Under the pieces are notes generated by a model. It did not search any database, had not been told where the DNA came from, and saw only the letters and a program-made list of their open reading frames with translations. Positions 12,166-25,022 of a stretch of DNA of 64,000 nt are shown in pieces. Position numbers and translations under genes: made by a program. Within the stretch, counting starts at the first letter, position 1. Each line of letters opens with the position of its first letter. Location of the stretch: contig JAWMAR010000384.1 of assembly GCA_036785375.1 (NCBI GenBank), positions 682,001 through 746,000 on the forward strand. Direction: 5' to 3'. This DNA is from Leucoraja ocellata (taxonomy: Eukaryota).

Positions 12166-13029
12166 AGCCCATTGACATCCATGCATTGCACCCGTACCTT
12201 GCTTTGTGGGGAAAGGTGAGTGCTTTACCTTTACCAATGTTACTTTAACAATTTTTAATTTGTTTTAATATACTTTTTTTTTTAATTAAGAAAATTGGAA
12301 TTGAAATCCATTTGAATTGCATTAAATATCTCCATCAGTGATCTCTAAAATTTGTCTTTTATAAATTTAAACAGCTGGAGGGCTGTAGAGCTTTTGCTGC
12401 ACTGTCTGAGAAGGACTTGTATTGCAAAGTCTGCTCTGTAATGCCGGGCTGCTGTCAGATGAGGGCAGCACAGTGCCGCCGCGAGTAAATCTGCTCAAAG
12501 CTGCAGCGACCGGGTTCAGTACTGTGCCAGCTGCTGCCTGTGAGCAATCTGCATATTCCCCCAAAGACCTGCGGGTTATTCGGTGGTAGAGAGGAAGGTG
12601 GGGGTTGGAGGCTGCCAGTAAATCAAGGCAGCAGGATCCAGTCAAATAAAACTTTACATTATTTCGGAGTGACAACGTTCTGGTGAATCATCAACACGGA
12701 ATGTTAACTTTGCTGAAAATGTTGAAAAAGCTTCAGATGGCCGAACTCTAAAATAATTTTTAAAATCTGTAAATACTCTGCAGGTCAGGCCACACCAATA
12801 GGAAGAGAAACAGAGTTAATGTTTCAGATGTGAGACCTTTATCCTTTATCTTTCTGATAAAGAATTGGAATGGGCCAAAGATTAAATGGCCCATTTCATT
12901 TGCTTTGGAACTGAAATACTTAGTATTTTCTTATTTTTATTTGCATCATGGTGCATCACAAATTTGCACCATGGCTGGTTTGTAAAAGTAGGTAATGCAC
13001 AAACCATCAAGAAAAGTTGATGGGTGTTA

Positions 13030-13628
13030 CATAGAAACATAGAAAATAGGTGCAGGAGTAGGTCATTCGGCCCTTCGAGCCTGCACCGCCATTCAGTACG
13101 ATCATGGCTGATCATCCAACTCGGTATCCAATGCCTTCTCTCCATACCCCCTGACCCCTTTAGCCACAAGGGCCACATCTAACTCCCTCTTAAATATAGC
13201 CAATTAACTGGCCTCCACTACCTTCTGTGGCAGAGAATTCCAGAGATTCACCACTCTGTGTGAAAAATGTTTTTCTCATCTCGGTCCTAAAAGATTTCTC
13301 CCTTATCCTTAAACTGTGACCCCTTGTTCTGGACTTCCCCAACATCGAGAACAATCTTCCGGCATCTAGCCTGTCCAGCCCCTTAAGAATTTTGTACGTT
13401 TCTATAAGATCCCCCCTCAATCTTCTAAATTCTAGCAAGTACAAGCCGAGTCTATCCTGTCTTCATATGAAAGTCCCGACATCCCAGGAATCAGTCTGGT
13501 GAACCTTCTCTGTGCTCCCTCTACGGCATTGTATATATTGTAAATAGCTGGGGTCCCAGCACTGAGCCTTGCGGTACCCCACTAGTCACTGCCTGCCATT
13601 GTGAAAAGGACCCGTTTACTCCTACTCT
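13030..13628 (-). mobile_element. CR1 3' fragment with internal deletion
   Basis: catagaaacatagaa tail; LEFRRLRGDLIETYK; [10 protein letters not shown]. Confidence 0.9.
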
Positions 13629-13674
13629 GTTATTTTTTAGCAAGCCACCGAAAGTGGTATGACTGCTAGGATCT

Positions 13675-13691
13675 GGCACCAGATGGCAGTA
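13675..13691 (+). promoter_or_regulatory. CTCF-like motif (copy 1)
   Basis: GGCACCAGATGGCAGTA, one mismatch to core CCACCAGATGGCAG. Confidence 0.45.
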
Positions 13692-16600
13692 ATTGCTCAG
13701 TTGGCTTTCTGATGTGCTAACTGATGTGACTTTCAATTCCTCATTTTGCCATATCAAGATTAAACATAGATTACTTTAAAATGCAATCTATCATCTTTAG
13801 ATAGATGCCTAATGTTTTGACATTTACTATCCAATGTGTCATGTTTATGTGTGTCCTCATAACATTCAGGAAGGGAATAGAATGATGTGTATATGCACTA
13901 CCTTCAAAGACATCAAATACTGACGCAAGAATAACTGAATAGATACAAACTGGAGCTTGTCCCAATAATCCCAAGCTTTGGATATCCCTATTCTACCAAC
14001 AAATCATCTTGCCTCCTTACTAAGTTCCAAAATGTCAACCTTACGAAGGATAATGTCAAAGCTATTGGAATCAAGCGATATGGGGAGAAAGCAGGAACGA
14101 GGTACTGATTTTGAATGATTAGCCATGATCATATTGAATGGCAGTGCTGGCTCAAAGGGCCGAATGGCCTACTCCTATGCCAATTTTCTATGTTTCTATA
14201 TAACCAAAAATGTTTTTCCGCTATCCAGATCGGCTTCCCACTTTCTTTCATGAATGAGGTGAGTGTTAGCAACTTGTTGTATTATCTCTCTAACTTGATC
14301 TGGAAATGGATTTAAAAATAATAATTTTAACATGGCTGCCAACTGCAGGAGTAACTCAGTGGGTCAGGCAATATATCTGGAGAACATGAATTGGTGCGAT
14401 TTTGGGTCAGAACCCTTCATTAGACTGATTCTGGGGTGGGGGGAGGGGGATGGCGGGAAGAAATCTGGGAAGAGAGGAGGGGCAGGACAAAGTCTGGCAG
14501 GTAATGGGTTGATACAGTTAAAGAGGGGTTTTGATAGGTGTATAGTTGGACAAGGGCCAGATATGAAAAGACAGAATATATGAGACAAAAGGATTAAAGA
14601 GCTCTGAATTGTGAAGCCAGAGGAAGTAATGTAGATGGATAAATAGGTGTATAGTGGTGGTGGGGGATAGGAAGGGCAGGGAAGAAGGGCGAGGAGCGGT
14701 TACGTAGTTACCCAAAATTACCAAATGCAATGTTAATACGGCCTGGGTTGTAAACTTCCCAAATAGAATACGAGATGCTTTTCCTCCATTTTGTGTATGA
14801 TCTCACTCCGGCAAAGAAGGAAGCCCAGGACAGAAAGGTCAGTATAGAAATGGGACGAGGGGTTAAAATCATTAGCAACTGATACATCCAGCCTAGCATA
14901 AGTGTTGGCGAAATGGTTGCCGAGCCTACACTTGGTCTTGTCGATATAAAGGAGGCCACCGGATACAGTAGATAAAGTGCACATGAACCCGTCTCACAAG
15001 GACAGTCTAGAGCAGGCCAATGAATACAGTACACACAATTAGAAGCAAAACAGTGAACCACTACTTGTTGGAATGGAAATGCTTCATGCATTGGGACAAT
15101 GTTTGGTATTAATCAAGTTAAAAATGGATTACACTGGTTACAAAGGAATCATGTCTTATTCAGGGATCTAAGTAAGTAAGTAAGTTTATTGGCCCAATAT
15201 TCACATACAAGGAATTTGCCTTGGTGCTCCTCCCACAAGCAGCAACATGACATACAGTGACAGTTACGAATGACTCAGAAAACACTGAACATTCATAATA
15301 ATAAAACATTAATGATAAAACACCATTGATTAAGCATGTGAACCAACAAAATACTAGATCAAAGGAAGGCTACAGATTTTTGGCTGTTGAATAGAGCAAC
15401 TACTTGTGGATAAAATATGTTTTTATGTCTGGCTGTGACAGCTTTGACAATCCGGAGTCGCCTTCCAGCAGGCCTTGTTGGGCCTAGCTGGAAAGGCTGA
15501 TTTGATATTTTAAAGCTATCATTGTAACCAGTTCTGCCTGCTTGTTCCAATGGTCCCTCTGGGAGTTGGTGTCATTGTTTGTCTGCTAACACTCCACTGA
15601 AGCATAACTGGATATTTTATTGCATGATAGGCACAATATAGACACGAGTCGTCGCTGTGATGTTATTGTTTAGCCAGGTGTGTCTTCAAAAGCAGAAAAT
15701 AATTTAATCATTGCAGAGATATCAAGATTGCTGGTGATTATTTGCATACTTTTCAACTTTAAAGATCGAAACTTAGTTCAGGTTGAAACTGGCAATAAAT
15801 CATGTGGATGAAGTGAAGGAAATTTTGCAGTAAGAACAAGAAATAAAAGTTTGTTCATGCTATAAGATGTCAGGTGATGTCAGGGAAGCAGTAAATGTTA
15901 AACTTTATTTCCCAAATAATACATTAATGTAATTATGCATGAAGTGTTATAAATAAATAGAAGCTCCAATGCAGGTTAAATAATGTAATGTAGAAGCTAT
16001 TACCGAGAAAGTTATAACATGGTCATATTTGGGAGATAATATTCAAGTTTATCAGATTGGGGAACTGCACCAGGAGGATGAGTGGCCTGATGTTGTTGAG
16101 TATTAATAAGGAATAATGTAAGTAATCAAAAGTATTGCAGCCATAGGGATAGAATTGAACATATGATACAAACTGGAAAAGGGCTTGTCGACCTGCCTCC
16201 CAAAGGCAGTGATGTTGTGGAATATATATAGTCGGAGATTGGTAAAGGGATGGCGCAAAGTGCTCCATTTATCCTTGATCATCTTTGCTGGCTTTGATTT
16301 ATCCTTTTGCAGAACTTTCATATACTTTTTCAATGTACCTTTTCATATCTCTTGTTTCTCCCTCCCCTGACGCTCAGTCTGAAGAAGGGTCTTGACCCGA
16401 AACAACACCTATTCCTTTATTCAGCAAATGCTGCATAACCCACTGAGTTGGTCCAGATTTTTGTGACTATCAGCAAAAATAAAACTTTTAAAAGGAGACT
16501 TTGATTTTACATATAGCAGGAAAACAGAATACTTTGTGAGGAAGGTAATACATTTGTGCACATTTAAGACAGCTTTCTGAAGCAGCCTTTTCTAGAGGAC

Positions 16601-16714
16601 AGACCATGAATGATTTGTGAGATTTAGGTAATTGTTCCCTTTATATAGTGGTAAATAACAATAATCACTCTATGATATAATTTAAATGTTGGGCTTGAAA
16701 AGAAAAAGCATATA

Positions 16715-17460
16715 GGAAAGAACTGCAGATGCTGGTTTAAATTGAAGGTAGACACAAAATGCCGGAGTAACTCAGTGTGACGGGCAGTATCTCTGGAGAG
16801 AAGGAATGGGTGATGTTTCGGGTCGAGACCCTTCTTCAGACTGATGTCAGGGGAGGGGGCAGGACAAAGAATGTAGTCGGTGACATTAAGACTAGTGGGA
16901 GAACTGGGAAGGGGGAGGGGTTAGAGAGGGAAAGCAAGAGCGGTCTGAAGTTAGAGAAGTCAATGTTCATACCACGGGTGTACACTACCCAAGCAAAATA
17001 TGAGGTGCTGTTCCTCCAATTTGCACTGGGCCTCACTCTGACAGTTGAGGAGGCCCAGGGCAGAAAGGTCAGATTTGGAATGGGAGCGGGAGTTGAAGTG
17101 CTGAGCCACTGGGAGATCAGGTAGGTTAAGACGGACTGAGCGGAGGTGTTCAGCTAAACGATCGCCGAGCCTGCACTTGGTTTTGTCGATGTAGAGAAGT
17201 TGTCACCTGGAACAGCGGATACAGTAGATGAGGTTGGAGGAGGTGCAAGTGAACCTCTGCCTCACCTGGAAAGATTGTTTGGGTTCTTGGATAGAGTCGG
17301 GGGGGGGGGGGGGGGGGGCTTTAAAGGGAAAGGTGTTGCATCTCCTGTGGTTGCAGTGGAAAGTACCTGGGGAAGGGGTGGTTTGGGTGGGAAGGGACGA
17401 GTTGACCTGGGAGTTTTGGAGGGAACGGTCTCTGCAGAAAGCAGAAAGGGGTGGAGATGG
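16715..17460 (-). mobile_element. Penelope-like element (GIY-YIG end + 3' terminal repeat)
   Basis: FTCTSSNLIYCIRCSR...LYI.KTK..LGDR.AEHL GIY-YIG motif; downstream CTGAAGAAGGGTCTCGACCCGAAAC on the same strand. Confidence 0.88.
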
Positions 17461-17597
17461 GAGGTTCACTTGCACCTCCTCCAACCTCATCTACTGTATC
17501 CGCTGTTCCAGGTGACAACTTCTCTACATCGACAAAACCAAGGGCAGGCTCGGCGATCGTTTAGCTGAACACCTCCGCTCAGTCCGTCTTAACCTAC

Positions 17598-17726
17598 NNN
17601 NNNNNNNNNNNNNNNNNNNNNNNNNNNNNNNNNNNNNNNNNNNNNNNNNNNNNNNNNNNNNNNNNNNNNNNNNNNNNNNNNNNNNNNNNNNNNNNNNNNN
17701 NNNNNNNNNNNNNNNNNNNNNNNNNN
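17598..17726. other. Assembly gap (129 N)
   Basis: Run of n characters. Confidence 1.
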
Positions 17727-18552
17727 TCGCCACTTTCAATGGGATCCCACTACTAGCCACATCTTCCCATCTCAATAGTCAATAGTCTATTAAATCGACT
17801 ATATATATATGTATATACTGTAAGATGTTAGGTTTTGGGTATGATGAATACTTCTCCTCATTGTGAAAATAACTGACATTCCAAATATACACCCATCATG
17901 ATATAAAATTTGGGATATATCGTAACACTAAATGATGGTGCATGGAAAAGAGTAAAAAATATTCTTAACTTAGAAGACTGGAAGCGATGTAAATACTTCC
18001 AGGTGTTCACCATCCATTGAAAAATAAAATGTCATGCTCCTCTGTTTTATATGACTGATGTATTATTTTGTAACATGCCTCCTTGTTCAAGATTCGCCTA
18101 CTAGTAGGAACATCTTAACATCTACCCTGTCATGCCTGCTCAAAATCTTCTATTTCTCTGTAGGGTCATCTTAGTTCTAAGCTCTAGAAAATATAGACAC
18201 AATCTGTTTAGCTCCATTTGATAGGACTATCCTCGGTAGGACAACCTGTTAATCTCAGGAAATGGCATTGTGGATTTCATTTGGCAGTTGCTACTGTATC
18301 CATCTTTTAGGTTAAGGGGAGCAAAACTGTGAACAGTACTCCAGGTACCATTTCAACAACACCCCATACCATTGTACAAAACCATCTTAATCCCAATCCG
18401 CTTGCAAAAATACATTCAATATGCAAGGGAATTTAATAATTTGAGGACTGAAACTCACTATAATTGTCAGAAATGTTGGCGAGGACTAAAAAGTTTCCAT
18501 GCTGGAATTTAAAGGTTGGTAAACAGCAGACACTTTGGTTATTGCCTCTCTT

Positions 18553-19614
18553 AGAAACATAGAAAATAGGTGCAGGAGTAGGCCATTCGGCCCTTCGAGC
18601 CTGCACCGCCATTCAATATGATCATGGCTGATCATCCAACTCGGTATCCTGTACCTGCCTTCTTTCCATACCTCCTGATCAATTTAGCTACAAGGGCCAC
18701 ATCTAACTCCCTCTTAAATATAGCCAATGAACTGGCCTTAACTACCTTCTGTGGCAGACAGTTCCAGAGATTCACCACTCTCTGTGAGAAAAATGTTTTT
18801 CTCATCTCGGTCCTAAAGGATTTCCCCTTTATCCTTGAACTGTGACCCCTTGTCCTGGACTTCCCCAACATCAGGAACAATCTTCCTGCATCTAGCCTGT
18901 CCAACCCCTTAGGAATTTTGTAAGTTTCTGTAAGATCCCCCCTCAATCTCCTAAATTCTAGCGAGTACAAGCCGAGTCTATCCAGTCTTTCTTCATATGA
19001 AAGTCCTGACATCCCAGGAATCAGGCTGTTGAACCTTCTATGTACATCTTCTATGGCAAGAATGTCTTTCCTCAGATTTGGAGACCAAAACTGTACGCAA
19101 TACTCCAGGTGTGGTCTCACCAAGACCCTGTACAACTGCAGTAGAACCTCCCTGCTCCTATACTCAAATCCTTTTGCTATGAATGCTAACATACCATTCG
19201 CTTTCTTCACTGCCTGCTGCACCTGCATGCCTACTTTCAATGACTGGTGTACCATGACACCCAGGTTTCGTTGCATCTCCCCTTTTCCTAATCGGCCACC
19301 ATTTATATAATAGTCTACTTTCCTGTTTTTGCCACCAAGGTGGATAACCTCACATTTATCCACATTATACTGCATCTGCCATGCATTTGCCCATTCACCC
19401 AGCCTATCCAAGTCACCTTGCAGCCTCCTAGCATCTTCCTCACAGCTAACTGCCCCCAGCTTCGTGTCATCCGCAAACTTGGAGATGTTGCATTCAATTC
19501 CCTCGTCCAAATCATTAATATATATTGTAAATAGCTGGGGTTCCAGCACTGAGCCTTGCGGTACCCCACTAGTCACTGCCTGCCATTATGAAAAGGACCC
19601 GTTTACTCCTACTC
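18553..19614 (-). mobile_element. Young 5'-truncated CR1 (314-aa open RT C-terminus)
   Basis: ORF 18632-19576 with [16 protein letters not shown] and RPHLEYCVQFW. Confidence 0.95.
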
Positions 19615-19661
19615 TGTTATTTTTGAGCAAGCCACCAAAAGTGGCATGACTGCTAGGATCT

Positions 19662-19678
19662 GGCACCAGATGGCAGTA
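19662..19678 (+). promoter_or_regulatory. CTCF-like motif (copy 2)
   Basis: Identical GGCACCAGATGGCAGTA in the second tandem copy. Confidence 0.45.
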
Positions 19679-22600
19679 ATTGCTCAGTTGGCTTTCTGAT
19701 GTGCTAACTGATGTGACTTTCAATTCCTCATTTGCCATATCAAGATTAAACATAGATTACTTTAAAATGCAATCTATCATCTTTAGATAGATGCCTAATG
19801 TTTTGACATTTACTATCCAATGTGTCATGTTTTTGTGTGTCCTCATAACATTCAGGAAGGGAATAGAATGATGTGTATATGCACTACCTTCAAAGACATC
19901 AAATACTGACGCAAGAATAACTGAATAGATACAAACTGGAGCTTGTCCCAATAATCTCAAGCTTCGGATATCCCTATTCTACCAACAATTCATCTTGCCT
20001 CCTTGCTAAGTTCCAAAATGTCAACCTTACGAAGGATAATGTCAAAGCTATTGGAATCAAGGGATATGGGGAGAAAGCAGGAACGAGGTACTGATTTTGG
20101 ATGATTAGCCATGATCATATTGAATGGCGGTGCTGGCTCGAAGGGCCGAATGGCCTACTTCTATGCCAATTTTCTATGTTTCTATATAACCAAAAGTATT
20201 TTTCCTCAATCCAGATCGGCTTCCCACTTTCTTTCATGAATGAGGTGAGTGTTAGCAACTTGTTGTATTATCTCTCTAACTTGATCTGGAAATTGATTTA
20301 AAAATAATAATTTTAACATGGCTGGTATTGGAAGAGCTGCAAACTGCAGATGTTACAAATCTGAAACACATAATCCACGTAGAAATATTAAGCAAGTCAG
20401 ACAGCATCTGTGGAGAGAGGAACATTGTAGATGACCTTTCATAGGACAAAGGAAAATTAGGATATATTTTAAGTTGCGTAGAAGTGGAAAGAACATACAA
20501 TGTCTGCGAGACAGAGAGAAACAAATGAAGAGCGGTGGCACTTGCTGAGAGAGAATGGTGACTGATTCCTAATCCCAGCTGATCTGTATGGAGGAGGAGA
20601 AAATAGTAGAGAAGTGAGAAATAAGAATAATACTGCAACAAAGGTATTCAAAATGCTTCAGCTGCATTTAGGAATTAAATTGAATGGCAAATCAGACATC
20701 ACCTGTGTGGAGAGAAATATAAAGTTGATGTTACAGGGTTGTGGTCTTTCATTAGAACTGGCAGGTTTTGTTGCAAAAAAGAAAGGATATTTATTGAAAT
20801 TGTTCAAATCAACATTGTATTCTCAGGGTTTAAACATGTCAAATCTGCTGCTGGTGAGGTGCTATTCCTTGATCTTACTCCAGATTTAATTGGAACAGTG
20901 TGAGAGGCTACAGGTGGATGAGATGGAGTGATTAGCAACTTGAAGTTCAGTGTCACACATGGATTGAAAGGAGGTTCTCTACAAACCAGTCATCCAGTCT
21001 ATTTGGTTTCTCAAAAAAAGACACTAACTGCAGGAGTAACTCAGTGGGTCAGGCAATATATCTGGAGAACATGAATTGGTGTGATTGTGGGTCAGAACCC
21101 TTCATTAGACTGATTCGGGGGTGGGGGGAGGGGAATGGCGGGAAGAAATCTGGGAAGAGAGGAGGGGCAGGACAAAGTCTGGCAGGTAATGGGTTGATAC
21201 AGGTAAAGAGGGGGTTTTGATAGGTGTATAGTTGGACAAGGGCCAGATATGAAAAGACAATATATAAGACAAAAGGATTAAAGAGCTCTGAATTGTGAAG
21301 CCAGAGGAAGTAATGTACATGGATAAATAGGTGGATAGTGGTGGTGGGGAGGGGGGGAGGGGGGGGGGGGGGTAGGAAGGGCAGGGAAGAAGGGAGAGGG
21401 GGGGTTACGTAGTTACCCAAAATTACCGAATGCAATGTTAATTGGGTTGTAAACTTCCCAAATGGAATATGAGATGCTTTTCCTCCATTTTGTGTATGAT
21501 CTCACTCTGGCAAAGAAGGAAGCCCAGGACCGAAAGGTCAGTATAGGAATGGGACGAGGGGTTAAAATCATTAGCAACTGATACATCCAGCCTAGCATAA
21601 GTGTTGGCGAAATGGTTGCCGAGCCTACACTTGGTCTTGCCGATATAAAGGAGGCCACCGGATACAGTAGATAAAGTGCACATGAACCCGTCTCACAAGG
21701 ACAGTCTAGAGCAGGCCAATGAATACAGTACACACAATTAGAAGCAAAACAGTGAACCACTACTTGTTGGAATGGAAATGCTTCATGCATTGGCACAATG
21801 TTTGGTATTAATCAAGTTAAAAATGGATTACACTGGTTACAAAGGAATCGTGTCTTATTCAGGGATCTAAGTAAGTAAGTAAGTTTATTGGCCCAATATT
21901 CACAAACAAGGAATTTGCCTTGGTGCTCCGCCCACAAGCAACAACATGACATACAGTGACAGTTATGTATGACTCAGAAAACACTGAACATTCATAATAA
22001 TAAAACATTAATGATAAAACACCATTGATTAAGCATGTGAACCAACAAAATACTAGATCAAAGGGAGGCTACAGATTTTTGGCTGTTGAATAGAACAACT
22101 ACTTGTGCATAATATATGTTTTTATGTCTGGCTGTGACAGCTTTGACAATCCGGAGTCGCCTTCCAGCAGGCCTTGTTGGGCCTAGCTGGAAAGGCTGAT
22201 TTGATATTTTAAAGCTATCATTGTAACCAGTTCTGCCTGCTTGTTCCAATGGTCCCTCTGGGAGTTGGTGTCATTGTTTGTCTGCTAACACTCCACTGAA
22301 GCATAACTGGATATTTTATTGCATGATAGGCACAATATAGACACGAGTCGTCGCTGTGATGTTATTGTTTAGCCAGATGTGTCTTCAAAAGCAGAAAGTA
22401 ATTTAATCATTGCAGAGATATCAAGATTGCTGGTGATTATTTGCATACTTTTCAACTTTAAAGATCGAAACTTAGTTCAGGTTGAAACTGGCAATAAATC
22501 ATGTGGATGAAGTGAAGGAAAATTTTGCAGTAAGAACAAGAAATAAAAGTTTGTTCATGCTATAAGATGTCAGGTGATGTCAGGGAAGCAGTAAATGTTA

Positions 22601-23424
22601 AACTTTATTCCCCAAATAATACATTTATGTAATTATGCATGAAGTGTTATAAATAAATAGAGTGAATTAGAAGCTCCAATGCAGGTTAAATAATGTAATG
22701 TTGAAGCTATTACTGAGAAAGTTATAACATGGTCATATTTGGGAGATAATATTCAAGTTTATCAGATTGGGGAACTGCACCAGGAGGATGAGTGGCCTGA
22801 TATTGTTGAGTATTAATAAGGAAAAATGTAAGTAATCGAAAGTATTGCTGCCATAGGGATAAAATTGAACATATGATACAAACTGGAAAAGGACTTGTCG
22901 ACCTGCCTCCCAAAGGCAGTGATGTTGTGGAATATATATAGTCGGAGATTGGTATAAGGATGGCGCAAAGTGCTCCATTTATCCTTGATCATCTTTGCTA
23001 GCTTTGATTTGTCCATTTGCAGAACTTTCATATACTTTTTCCATGTACCTTTTCATATCTCTTGTTTCTCCCTCCCCTGATGCTCAGTCTGAAGAAGGGT
23101 CTTGACCCGAAACAACACCTATTCCTTTATTCAGCAAATGCTGCATAACCCACTGAGTTGGTCCAGATTTTTGTGACTATCAGCAAAAATAAAACTTTTA
23201 AAAGGAGACTTTGATTTTACATATAGCAGGAAAACAGAATACTTTGTCAGGAAGGTAATACATTTGTGCACATTTAAGGCAGCTTTCTGAAGCAGCCTTT
23301 TCTAGAGGACAGACCATGAATGATTTGTGAGATTTAGGTAATTGTTCCCTTTTTATAGTGGTAAATGACAATAATCACTCTATGATATAATTTAAATGTT
23401 GGGCTTGAAAAGAAAAAGCATATA

Positions 23425-24235
23425 GGAAAGAACTGCAGATGCTGGTTTAAATTGAAGGTAGACACAAAATACCGGAGTAACTCAGTGTGACAGGCAGTAT
23501 CTCTGGAGAGAAGGAATGGGTGATGTTTCGGGTCGAGACCCTTCTTCAGACTGATGTCTGGGGAGAGGGCAGGATAAAGAATGTAGTCGGTGACATTAAG
23601 ACTAGTGGGAGAACTGGGAAGGGGGAGGGGTTAGAGAGGGAAAGCAAGAGCGGTCTGAAGTTAGAGAAGTCAATGTTCATACCACGGGTGTACACTACCC
23701 AAGCAAAATATGAGGTGCTGTTCCTCCAATTTGCACTGGGCCTCACTCTGACAGTTGAGGAGGCCCACAACAGAAAGGTCAGATTTGGAATGGGAGGGGG
23801 AGTTGAAATGCTGAGCCACTGGGAAATCAGGTAGGTTAAGACGGACTGAGTGGAGGTGTTCAGCTAAATGATCGCCAAGCCTGCACTTGGTTTTGTCGAT
23901 GTAGAGAAGTTGTCACCTGGAACAGCGGATACAGTAGATGAGGTTGGAGGAGGTGCAAGTGAACCTCTGCCTCGCCTGGAAAGATTGTTTGGGTTCTTGG
24001 ATAGAGTCGAGGGGGGGAGGGGGGGGGGGGGGGGGCTGTAAAGGGAAAGGTGTTGCATCTCCTGCGGTTGCAGTGGAAAGTACCTGGGGAAGGGGTGGTT
24101 TGGGTGGGAAGGGACGAGTTGACCTGGGAGTTTTGGAGGGAACGGTCTCTGCAGAAAGCAGAAAGGGGTGGAGATGGGAAGATGTGGCTAGTAGTGGGAT
24201 CCCATTGAAGGTGGCGAAAATGTTGGAGGATTATA
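23425..24235 (-). mobile_element. Penelope-like element (duplicate of 16715-17460)
   Basis: Same sequence in tandem copy 2, followed by (TA)n at ~24243-24275. Confidence 0.88.
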
Positions 24236-24238
24236 TGC

Positions 24239-24278
<40 letters not shown>

Positions 24279-25022
24279 CTGTATATACTGTAAGATGTTA
24301 GGCTTTGGGTATGATCAATACTTCTCATTGTGAAAATAACTGACATTCCAAATATACACCCATCATGATATAAAATTTGGGATATATCGTAACACTAAAT
24401 GATGGTGCATGGAAAAGAGTAAAAAATATTCTTAACTTAGAAGACTGGAAGCGATGTAAATACATCCAGGTCTTCACCATCCATTGAAAAATAAAATGTC
24501 ATGCTCCTCTGTTTTATATGACTGATGTATTATTTTGGAACATGCCTCCTTGTTCAAGACTCCTACTAGTAGGAACATCTTAACATCTACCCTGTCATGC
24601 CTGCTCAAAATCTTCTATTTCTCGGTAGGGTCATCTTAGTTCTAAGCTCTAGAAAATATAGACACAATCTGTTTAGCTCCATTTGATAGGACTATCCTCG
24701 GTAGGACAACCTGTTAATCTCAGGAAATGGCATTGTGGATTTCATTTGGCATTTCTGTTGCTACTGTATCCATCTTTTAGGTTAAGGGGAGCAAAACTGT
24801 GAACAATACTCCAGGTACCATTTCAACAACACCCCATACCATTGTACAAAACCATCTTAATCCCAATCCGCTTGCAAAAATACATTCAATATACAAGGGA
24901 ATTTAATAATTTGAGGACTGAAACTCACTACAATTGACAGAAATGTTGGCGAGGACTAAAAGGTTTCCATGCTGGAATTTAAAGACTGGTAAACAGCAGA
25001 TACTTTGGTTATTGGCTCTTTC

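Larger units (their letters stand above)
13030..18552. repeat. Tandem duplication, copy 1 (~5.5 kb; contains N gap)
   Basis: Near-identical to 18553-25022 (e.g. 13760~19746, 14700~21407, 16777~23487); lacks ~690 bp present at ~20327-21025. Confidence 0.93.
18553..25022. repeat. Tandem duplication, copy 2 (~6.5 kb)
   Basis: Collinear with copy 1; duplicated ORF-track peptides such as 13771/19757, 15359/22058 and 16023/22733. Confidence 0.93.
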
